A stretch of DNA of 64,000 bases from Phallusia mammillata (Eukaryota), in assembly GCA_965637545.1 (NCBI GenBank), contig OZ281495.1, positions 12,958,001 to 13,022,000 on the forward strand. Direction: 5' to 3'. This document shows positions 46,788-58,700 of the stretch, one piece after another (position 1 is the stretch's first letter; each line of letters opens with the position of its first letter). The notes under the pieces were generated by a model. It did no database searches. It had not been told where the DNA came from and saw nothing but the letters and a program-made list of their open reading frames with translations. Position numbers and translations under genes: made by a program.

Positions 46788-49700
46788 TTATTCACTCCCA
46801 GATGATGAAGCTTGTGAGCACGGAACTCTGAAAAGACAGAGAATACATGACAGATTTTCACATTTTTTTACATTTAAATTTCAAATGCAGTCTCATTTAA
46901 AATCTACCAAAAGCAGCAGGACCAGTTTTTTCACTGTCGGTCTAGAAACAAAAATGTTTCAATTTTTTACTGAACGATTTATCACGACTCATTTATTTGT
47001 TTGCTTTAAATTCTTAATTAACCAGATTTCATTTCCCCTGCTTCCAACTAAAACACAGTTTTTACCTCGAACTTGCGTCCTTCATTAGTTTACTTAGGAT
47101 TCCGTTTAATCTTTTCTTCTTTTCGTTCCGGTTGTTGCCGGAGTCGGACTCTCCACCTTCATCTACTCCCATCTCCATGTCGACCTGTTGCGTGGCAACG
47201 TCAGTTGAATCGCCACAATCTTGGTCGTCATCTTCATCACTTGAACATTGCACATTCATCTCTTCAGTACCACTACTTTCATCTGCGCACAATTGCATGT
47301 AACGGTTTGTGCGTAATTCCAAAAAACTTGAATCGCGAGAAATCGGCCAAGTTTTTGCAGTTCAATCTCATGGTTTAGGTTTGAGTAACACAGTATATGT
47401 TGTTTTGCGTCGAATTTATATGGGTTGGGATAAAATAAAATTCATACATGTAAGATGTAACAACAGATTCTGAGTGTGTTGGTTTTAAAATTTGTCCGAA
47501 TTTGATCGTTGAATGAAACTCGCTATTTATAAGTGTTTATAACGATTATGTCGTCGTTGGATATTGGTCTCTTATGTCAAGCAATTTCAGCAGAATTTGG
47601 TCGACCACTGAGGATTGCTTTTCATTTCAACGCTTGGACAAATCATAAAAAAGGCGACGCTCGGTTTGAGGTACTCTGGTATTAGGTTCAACTTCTACTT
47701 ACCGCTGTCAGACTTCGTTCCATGCTGAGTCGCCTTCAGCCACTGTGTACGCCGCGCTTGTGTTTTTCTGTGCTGCTCAGGGACCTGCGGCCAGAATAAA
47801 ATGTCAATTTGTTGTTCATGTCCATCAAACAGCGTTTTAATGTAAACTCCGAGTCAGGGGCGACCAGCTAAGGTATATTTACTCACTATGAGCGAATACC
47901 ATTCACCAGTACAACAAAAAGCTACAAAACGGAAAGGGCCGAGAACCCACAGTATGTGCGGCATTGCTTATCCATTAACCTATAACAGTACATGCAGACT
48001 GCTCTTTCTGTCTATATGGGTGCAAATTACCGGTTGTCTTTATCATAGCCGCAGCGGAAGGACGTTTACCTGATAGTCCCGGGCTGCTGTGAGTTTGTCT
48101 GGGTACATGTCGAATACGTGGGGTTTCGTGTAGACGGGATACCGGGTTTTCACCACTTTGTCGACTACACGCAGAGACAAGTTGCACTTGTTTTCCAAAA
48201 CGTAAATGTCCGACTCTTTAACTCCTGAAATCGCACCAAATATTTTGACAAAAATCCAAATTGAGATGTAATTCAATTAGAAAAAGCAACAATAAGCTTG
48301 AGTAGCTGATATTATGTCATTAGCTTGTAACACATTTAAAGCTGAACTTTGTTTCCAAAGGAATCGAATAGGCACGAAAGTGAAACGAAACTGCAGGTGC
48401 AGAAAGTTTTTAGTGGATTGTTAAAGCTGTTTTTCTTTCTCTCTTAGCCAAGGATGTAGGCATGACCTTGGGTAACCTACCCCAGTGTTCGACCCAAAGT
48501 AACCTGCGCTCGCGCCACTCACCTTTGGGTTTTCCCAGACAGTAAGTCTCGACGTCCATGACGCAGCAGATACTCACTACCGCCTCAAGCGGCACTATTT
48601 CGTGGAATGGAGAAGCAATTAGTTCGTTGCTGTAAAAACGTCTGTCATCGCTATGCCTGACGTCATGAGGCCGCAGAAAATGGTGACCGTAGGCGAACTT
48701 GTCCCCGCTACAAATATGGGAAAGTACGTTTCAATACCAATGAACCACAGCGAAGATAATTTTGCTGAGTCATACTGTACGCAGATTTAAAGCGAGTTGG
48801 CGTTGTTTTGTGATGACTGTTGAAAAACATGTGGTCGCCATTTTTTTCGCGGAATTCAGTCGCCATTTTAAAACTTAGTGAAAACAAAAATTACTTTGCT
48901 TTTGAGTCTACAACAAACTTTAAAAGATTCAAAGACAGGTAAAATGGATTTTTGAACTGTTTCGCCAATGGCGCTCGGCAGGTTTTTTTTTTAAGGTTTG
49001 GTTCGGGTGACCGCTAAGTAGTTTTAAGAGACCGCAAGTGTTTCATTTAAATACCAAAAAATAGCCATATTTGCTTATTTGGGAAACCGCTGGAGAAATT
49101 TGGGGGACCGTTTCGAACACCTTAAAAAAACACTGGCGCTCGGTAAGGTACAATTCGTGCAACGCAAAAGTACGCGAACAAACAAACACAATTGCACTGC
49201 GCAATATTTTCTTTGGTAAACTTACTTGTCATCGGTCCACAGTTTTTTAATGCGAAGAAAATCCATCCTGTCAGGTGTGGAATGTGATTGGAGGCGGTAT
49301 GACGTACGTACAGGGGGATTACTTGAAGATCGCTGACGTAAGCAATGGTCGTGAATTACTCGAACACAATCACCTAAAGATAAACACAAGGCGTTAACGA
49401 AACTGAATGCTGTAGACTTAACTGCTGTACAAGATAAAAATATAGTAAAAAGTGGAGCTAAGTTAAGGATGGAATTCATGATTTAGAACAGTTACTGGTA
49501 TATAATGGACCAATGCCACCAACCTAAATCTACCTGAGTTGTTGTTTTTAACCTAGGACAAAAACGCAAAATATTAAATCTAAATAGGTTTTGGGTCCAG
49601 AGTTTTGGCGTGAAACGTTTAAATTGACAAGGCTGGTATAACGTAAGATTGTAATTTATTTTTAAGGTGCAAAAATCTCGTTACCCTTGTTCTATACCTT

Positions 49701-52700
49701 GCTTCACGACCATATTGTCTTTGGTCAGGGTCAAGTAGTAAGTATGCCCTGGCGGGGCGTTAGGGGGCTGCGGAACTACCTCGACCTCAACGGGGACGTC
49801 CCTTTCGTCACACTCCTCACACAGGTACGCCCGCTCGTCGTTGTAATCGTCAGGCAGAACTCCCATACAATCGCAATGCTGCCACACCTATATTGATTTA
49901 AAAGGAGACGTTTGCACAGATTACACTCATTGCAGTATAGTGCCTGTATTGAGCTATGATTTAAAACTTACCAAACTTACAAAGTCCTGTTTATAAGGAC
50001 ATCTAGCGGTAGCGTAATTAAATAATCAAAATAACAACTTTAGTAATAGATCAAAACCATCAACAGCATGGCTTAACCTGACGATCACTGTTTGCCTTTT
50101 TAACTAGAGTAGAGTAAAACCCATGAACGATAAAATCCTTGGAAAAACAGAATCAGTCGGTTTAATAAAGGAATATATATTTCGCCTGTGTGGCATCATC
50201 AGTTCCTGTAATCGAAATACAAATCGATAAAAATGAGTGCTAAAACAAACACGCTAAAATGAATAAAATAAAATAAAAGCAGTAAAACAGTATAACAAAG
50301 AAACACAGGGGATGCTAGTACTAATTGCCAAAGCTAACTGAACCAACCTCAAACTAAAACAAAACAAAACAAGCACAACTGTGGGCACCGGACCGAGCGA
50401 GAAAAAATAAAGATAAGACGCAAAAGGTAGAACAGGTACGCGCATGCAGAGAGATAACACCAGCGGTGAGTGCCGAGGGAGTTTTTACCGTACTCGAGGC
50501 AGGACCATTTCTTGAATATTTATTTTGGCGTCTAATATCCTTTGCCATTTGGCCTCGCACATGTCTAAATTTTCTTTTTTAGGGCTTTCCACAAAGGTAA
50601 TGCAATAACAAGTTGCGATGTCGGGTTTCCTTTTCAAAATATTAATGTGTTTGCTTGCGTAATGTCGCAGTAATGCTGCTTTGTCATTCTTTTCTGTGTA
50701 ATTAAATGTTTTCCAAGTCGCTCTGTGTCCGCGCCATCGTACAGAAAACGGGTTCTTGGTCTGGCCAACATAGCAAGCATTGCATTCATTGCAATTAGCT
50801 ACATAAATACCGTAGTCGCGACAACTGAGGTTTTGTATGAGACGGACTTCACCAGCGGGCGTGTAGATTGTGGTGGTATCGGGCACCATTGATTTAAACT
50901 TGCTGTAATGCCCACAAAGGNNNNNNNNNNNNNNNNNNNNNNNNNNNNNNNNNNNNNNNNNNNNNNNNNNNNNNNNNNNNNNNNNNNNNNNNNNNNNNNN
51001 NNNNNNNNNNNNNNNNNNNNNNNNNNNNNNNNNNNNNNNNNNNNNNNNNNNNNNNNNNNNNNNNNNNNNNNNNNNNNNNNNNNNNNNNNNNNNNNNNNNN
51101 NNNNNNNNNNNNNNNNNNNNATTTTAAGGTTGTTTGTTACAAGATTTTTCGGAAAGTGGGACCGAATACATTTCTGCTGCAGTCTTTCCAAGCTGGTATT
51201 ATAGAGCTCGTCATTTTCGTTCAGTCTTCGCAATCTCCTCGCCTCCCCAACAACAATTGACTTGAATATGTTAAGCGGATGATGTGACGTTCCGTGTAAA
51301 AAAGCCGAACAAACAATACCACAAGACTTGTTTGGCCAACTGTTTTCCCTAAGTCCCTAAAGGTGTCAGGAAAGGAAAGAAACCTGCAACCCAATGCGTG
51401 CGTGGTTTACAAACGGCCAGCTACACTTGGACGAATATTAACCAAGTACAGGCGCATTGCGTTTGAAGATAGAGACTCGAATACAGCAGGGAAGTCCCAT
51501 CCATGTAATCACTGCGGCCTTTGTGGGCATTACAGCAAGTTTAAATCAATGGTGCCCGATACCACCACAATCATCACGCCCGCTGGTGAAGTCCGTCTCA
51601 TACAAAACCTCAGTTGTCGCGACTACGGTATTTATGTAGCTAATTGCAATGAATGCAATGCTTGCTATGTTGGCCAAACCAAGAACCCGTTTTCTGTACG
51701 ATGGCGCGGACACAGAGCGACTTGGAAAACATTTAATTACACAGAAAAGAATGACAAAGCAGCATTACTGCGACATTACGCAAGCAAACACATTAATATT
51801 TTGAAAAGGAAACCCGACATCGCAACTTGTTATTGCATTACCTTTGTGGAAAGCCCTAAAAAAGAAAATTTAGACATGTGCGAGGCCAAATGGCAAAGGA
51901 TATTAGACGCCAAAATAAATATTCAAGAAATGGTCCTGCCTCGAGTACGGTAAAAACTCCCTCGGCACTCACCGCTGGTGTTATCTCCCTGCATGCGCGT
52001 ACCTGTTCTACCTTTTGCGTCTTATCTTTATTTTTTCTCCCTCGGTCCGGTGCCCACAGTTGTGCTTGTTTTGTTTTGTTTTAGTTTGAGGTTGGTTCAG
52101 TTAGCTTTGGCAATTAGTACTAGCATCCCCTGTGTTTCTTTGTTATACTGTTTTACTGCTTTTATTTTATTTTATTCATTTTAGCGTGTTTGTTTTAGCA
52201 CTCATTTTTATCGATTTGTATTTCGATTACAGGAACTGATGATGCCACACAGGCGAAATATATATTCCTTTATTAAACCGACTGATTCTGTTTTTCCAAG
52301 GATTTTATCGTTCATGGGTTTTACTCTACCGTAATTAAATAAGGTACGGTATATATTTAAAAGGTGGTTTTCCAACAAACCACTTACAAAACAACTAATC
52401 ACTTCCTGAATATAGACTGCTTGTATTTGGGACTTGACATCTACTGTATGAAGTAGGTATTCACACATATTTTCACGATACTAGCGGTGAGTTTCCTGAC
52501 TGTCAGAGGTTGCTAATTTGCATGGTATTTTACAAAGTAAAGACTTATTGGGAAAAACCCGAGTTGTGGTGGCCTCAACTTACATAGCATTTCTCGCATT
52601 GTATCATTACTCCTTCATCCTTGTAAATTCCACAGATGCAACGGATGAAGTCGCCGTTCTTCCTTCTTTCAACCATCTCGGCTCGTTCAGCCTCCTGATC

Positions 52701-55700
52701 CTAAGATAAAAGATTTTTCTGATTTGGAAAGCAGGTTTAAAACGAAATTTTGAATTTAACGGACGTGTTGAAACATGACTGTCACAAAACTATGTGTAAC
52801 ATTTGTGTTAACTGTGTTTAAAATTTGTCCTGAAACAAACGTGACCGATTATGCCATGTAAAAGTGACGCAATCTTCTGTCACGTGAATGGTCTAGTGTG
52901 CCTGGTATTATACGTGATCATGTCATTTGCTTTTGCCAAAACAAACGTGGATAACGTTATTTCATTATAACGTGACAGTGACCTTCGCCACACGTGGTGA
53001 TATTTCACAAGTTAAAGTCACGTCTCGGTTGGAGTCATTTTAGGACGTAGCTCAAAAGCACGATGTGGCCTTAAAAAATTTGTGACGTGTGCGCTTTTAA
53101 CAACGAAAAAATTTCCGAACTCAACTTATCGAAAATCGTGCTTGACAGAGGACACGTGATGAGTCATTCCCTCCGTGCGAGATAGGAGGAATTTTTATCA
53201 TTCCAGCACGCGCGATCAGGGCGGGAAAATCGGTTCAATAAACGTGATTTTATATCGTAAAAGATTTTTGTACAATAGTACGAGTCCATGATGACTCCAT
53301 TGCTTAGATTTATTTCATTTTTTTGAAATCTTGAATGAAAATCACCAGTGATTACTGATTTGACAAAACCGCTTTTAAATATTTTTAAATAAAATGCCCC
53401 ATTCTTCTTTACTTATGTAATTTTACCATGCCACAGACCCTGCGTACACAGCCGACAACGTCACGCACTCTACTAAAAGCGTCCATTTTCACACTGGTTG
53501 ACGTTGCAAAACACTGAAACTGCTGAAAGGCCAAAAACGACCCTCAGCACCGACATAAAAACTGAAAGACCAGACATAGCCAAAAATGTCAAACACAAAC
53601 AGCCGTCTCCGCGATGCATAATTCCTAATACACCGAGACGCGAAAATGCCAATCCAGACACTGACCTTCCTTTTCGTCTTCTCCCGTCCTTCTCCCAGGA
53701 TCGTTGCGGCCGCGTTTCTGGCCGCAGTAAAGGCCTTGCGGAGTCGAGCGACGTCCCGTCCGAGGGTTGACTTGCGACCGTGGTATTTCTGAAATATTAA
53801 AATGCCAGAATTAGTGAGTCACTTCGCATACAACGAATACAGGGGGGATGCACGTTGTCAGATGACACGTCGAGGGACGATGTGTAACAAAAAGCTGAAA
53901 TCAGTTGGATGTTTCCCAACATGTAAACTTGTTGCGATTAACAGGTGGAAATCACCGAGGTGTTATTTAATATTAATGTTTTTAAATTCGGGGTGGTAAA
54001 ATTTCATTACACAGTAATAAATTCTTTTGTGATGTAAGTATGTCACGAGGAGGTGATGTGGGATGCAATTTTATGACGACAGTATTGATGTTTTCGCCAC
54101 CACTTCCATTTACAGTAGTAAACTATGCGAAAAACATTGTACACAAGCACTTTAACAACATGCACATACGGTGGTGCACCTATCCCGACTTGAAAGTTGC
54201 AGACCAAAAACAAATACTTCGGGCGAATCTTGTCGATATTTAGGAAAGAACCCAGTGTTTCTTATAGATATAAAACTGTTTATGAGGCCTTGAAACACAT
54301 TTTGTGAAATACAACTTAAAAAAAAGATAATGTAAGGACAAACGGCCTGATTGCACCTTGACAGATTTTACGAAGACAAAATCTGCTCACAGCTTCTTTA
54401 ACACATCACTGAAAAAAGCTCAAAATTTTCTACTGAATAAAATTTTACCCCGTGGGAGTATAACGTTATCCCTAAGTTAGAGCCTCAGCTTAAGTGCATC
54501 ACTATTGGATATATTTGTAAAGAACGTGCAGGTCGTATCAACACCACAAGGTTCACACTTAATCTGGCATTGCATCAACGACTGGTGACCCGAAAATGAA
54601 ACGAGCAATATTTGATTACCATCTGCACGCTGTACTGCTGTGCTTTGTGCATCATTGCGCTGTTAAGTCCGGCCACAAAAACACTACGCAGTAACTGAAG
54701 GCAAAAATGCGAAACGAAAAACGATCTTTCAGATCCACTGAAAGCTTTTAACGCAGTGTTGACAAGAACCAAGGAAAAAAGGATAAACGGTTCTCTTGGT
54801 GTGATCACCACGAAGGGCACTTAGCATGGTTCACGGATTTCCAAAGCATATTGGGAAATGAATGTAAAAACAACATCACGTAGTGACGATTGCGGGATTG
54901 GGTGAAGGGTAGATAACAATTTACCATGAAGGCAAGTTTTGTGCCTCAAAAGCACCGACATGTCACCCCTATCCTGTTCTTGCTAGCAACTGGTCGATTA
55001 CAACACCAGTACATATTAGCGTAAGTACATGTATCACTTTAAAGGACGAATTGATTACAGTTATAAACTTCAAACCTAGATGGTTTTGTACGCGTGATCA
55101 CTTCAATAATGATTTTTTAACTATTGTTTTTACGGATGCTCATGTCTAGTTCATGTCATAAATAACCCCGGTGTTTTTTGCATATTTTTTCTTTTAATCT
55201 GAGTTACAGTAAAATTATTTCAATTGCGCTAAAAACGTATCCTGAAATGTGATTATAATTTAGCCAGCTTTTCGGTGGTTCAATACCCATAACAATTTAT
55301 TAAGGGCAGTAATGTCATAGGGACCTTTCGAACAGTAAAAATAAGTCGAAACCTTCACGTAGGCCTTATACCGCGGCCGGCGACACGGCATTACATGAAA
55401 AACGACATTTAAACTGATTAGACGTCAACCCCAACACGCGTCACAGCGATTCAAACCCAAAACGGTCGAAACCCAAACGTCAAAGGCAGGGGTCACTTGT
55501 GACGTCAACAGGAACATTGGAATTGAATTGTGACGTAAACTGGGCAAGTAATCTCTTCAAATCGGGGGTCAATTGAGTTTGAGTTGTTGACGGCGTATTT
55601 TACGAATAACCGAACTGGTTATATCCGAGACGTGAATTCCAATGTTCCTGTTGACGTGCGAGACGTGAATTATTAATTGATGCTCGGCGGTCGGGTTTTC

Positions 55701-58700
55701 TTCACTGATACGAATTAGTTAAATACAGTCAGCGTAAGGGTCTTTACCTTTTAGATATGATATACGAAAGACAAGAGGTTAAAAACCACTGTTTAAATCG
55801 ATAAAGTACTGTTTTCTGAAAATATATGTTTCAGGCCTAATTCAAGCTGAAAAAAAAACATCACGTTTCGTGTCGGGTTTTGGATTCGGTCGTAAAAGTT
55901 AGATCCACTTTACCTGTTTATCCTTATCGGTAGCAAAGCTTCATATTTCTTACAAATCAAACAGATTTAGGTGTCATACGGCCCAGAGCTAAATTTAAAT
56001 CTCCTGTTACAACCCATCTGGTTACGAAATGGTAGCGAAAAAGACACCCAAAGGGCAGGCGTATTTTCAACATAATCGTACTGCCGAACACTGACAGGGG
56101 TTTATTATACACAAATAGCGTGGTAATAAACAGAAATAGCCAAGCAATATACCCGGATATAGTACTCACTTCCGCGTTCCTGAAGACTCTCAAAAGATCT
56201 GAGCAAAATGCGTCAAATGTGTTGTATTGTTTCGTCACAAGCTTCTGTTCGACGTAGTTGAGATCCAACGGGTCTGTGACGTGCTGATAGTATTCCGGGT
56301 TCCTAAGATATAAGTAATCCATTTATTAGAAGGTGGTTGACTACATAACCGTTCCATACAATGCAAAACCTTTAATTGAGAGCCTGGAATATTATTATGG
56401 GTAAACTTGATGTTATGCAGGGTATTAATGGCGCATTAAGGAACGAATAGAGTGTATTTGTCTAATGTTGAAATTATTTTACCGAGAAATATCACATAAA
56501 CTCTAACTTAGTTTGCTCTCAAATGCAGTGAAAAAAGTCCTCTCCGCGTTTGATAGTACGAAGTGTAATTAACTTTGCTGTCAAAACTATTACAAAAGAA
56601 ATTTTCTACTCTTTTCTCGAGCTTAGTACACAGCAAGATAAATTGAATTCGAAAAAAAATCTAAATATTACTGCAGTTTGGATGGAAGATTGATAAACGG
56701 GATTGCCACTGATATTCCATTTTCGTCCTTGCACGTCATCACAGCGGTAAAAACGTCAGTGATGACCCGTTCGAGTAACTCGGCCTTGTTCTCAGCCTGC
56801 AACGATCAAAATAAGCAAATTTAAAATAGCAAACTCGAAAGTGAGTAATTCATACAAGGTTTGAGCATTGGTTTACTTAATTCCTCATAAACGTCATACA
56901 TTTTTATCTGAAAAAAACGACAACAACATGTTTCTCACCTCATCTTTACAGCTGGGCTCGCTTGCGGCTAAAAAAACAAAAAAACCGTTCAGTTGAAGAT
57001 ACGGAAAACAAAACAAAATATTATCTTGGACAAATAAAAATCTTAAAAACACAATTTGTGCCACAAAGATGTATTTATCAGACTATAGGTTTTCCGAGTC
57101 TTATTTAAACTACGAGATTATTTGTTTTAAAGGTAAAAAGAAAATGACAAGTTTGCGGAAACAGTAAAGCGTACAGCTTTAGGCAGATATCCAACATGAA
57201 TAAAAAATGTTATTGACTCTATCTAGGCCTGGCTAAAACAGAAAGATTAGGCCCGTGTTAAACAGAGAAACAAAGAGCCAAAATGTCCCCTTCTTAAACA
57301 TTAACAAACAGTTAACCTACTTGGAATAATCTTTACCCATAAATATTACTTACTTCACCCAGGGAAACCAATATTTTTTCGAAATAAACTATTTTTGCAC
57401 GTGGTGCAATTATGGCAACTGTGTGGGCGCGCTCCGTGCAAGTTATATACACGAAATAACATATAATTTCCGCAGCCAGTTGAGTGGCAATTTCAACTTG
57501 CGCCAATCATAATACTCAACATACATGAGATTTAAAGCTCTCCCTTCCGTGTTTAACACAGTCTAAGACGTCACAAGTGTGGTAATAAGCACTCTATATC
57601 ACAACGTGCCTTTCTAAGAATTTACGCATGTCGAAAATTGCCGGGTGTTGAAAACTCTACGAGGGCCATATTCATCCGACCGGCATTCTTTATACCATAC
57701 AGGCACTGTGATCTCGTATTGATTTATATGCGCCTAATCCGCGGCCTACTGTCACGTGGGAGACTGACCGTCGGTTGTGTGGTCGCCATATTGAAAATTA
57801 GCGCTGCTGGAAAGTAAAATGGCTTCACCGCAAAACTTGGCAAAAGCCGTGCTACTTATTTTTTATAGTCTAAGCACCATAAATAATAGGTTTGAGCATG
57901 AGTTACTGCGTATAAATAGTGAGACTTACTCCCGTTGTGCTGTGGTCGTGGCAACGGGTCTTTCTGTCTGTACTGTCGAATTTTTTGCTGCTGCTGTTTG
58001 ATCTGCAAACAAAACTGTTTTAAAAAGCAGCACACAATTAAACACATGCGGAAAAGCGGGCGCACTGAGTAAATAACAGCAAATAGATCAAAAATAAGAC
58101 ACATACAACCTGCGTTTAAACTGCATTTTATGAAAAGCTTAAAAGTTTAAATGCTTTTTCGGGATTAGTCTTAGAACTTAAATACTAATAATTGGAAATA
58201 GCACACAATTACAGATACACAAAGGGGTGTACTGAATAACCAGCAATCGATATTTAAGCTGTTTTCGCGACGAACATTTAGTAAATTTGATATTGATTGG
58301 CACCAAATGTCTTATGCGCCGGCCTATCTAAACAACTAAACTAAATAACAGGGCCATTTTTCACTTCAAATACCTGATGCAAATTACGAAGAAGGAAGAG
58401 TCGATGCGACCGCACAAAGTTTCGCTCTTGCTTGCTCAGCATCGGAGTCTGCTGCGAGTCTATTTCGCGAATTCCTAATTGCACATTATTGACCTGAAAC
58501 AGAAAAACAGCGGATGAATCGTCGTTCGGGACTAAACGACCCTAGTACCGTTTGCAAAAATCAATACAACGGTTGATCTAACGGCTAAATCATGTGTCAC
58601 TTTCAGTAACGAAAAATCAATTTTAGATTGACAGATTCAGGCAATACAATGCATTGTCGCATGAGCCATCGGGACATTGAGCTGGAAAAATCAATAAGTG

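Larger units (their letters stand above)
50026..52329. mobile_element. Penelope-like retroelement (probably Neptune-type): two 5'-truncated copies joined head-to-head
   Basis: Inverted arms 50109-50920 (-) and 51518-52329 (+) are nearly identical. Minus-strand RT C-terminus [29 protein letters not shown] at about 51310-51121. 13-bp direct repeat CGTAATTAAATAA at 50013-50025 and 52330-52342. Confidence 0.9.

Noticed and set aside
50799-51233. ORFs in the track that read through the N run (50799-51233 -, 50908-51204 +)
   Set aside because: Artefacts of translating N; the frames on the two sides of the gap are not linked.
50254-52184. Small ORFs of 60-68 aa in the Penelope arms (50254-50460, 50354-50560, 51878-52084, 51978-52184)
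   Set aside because: Shadow frames of the element's endonuclease end and 3' UTR, duplicated only because of the inverted repeat.
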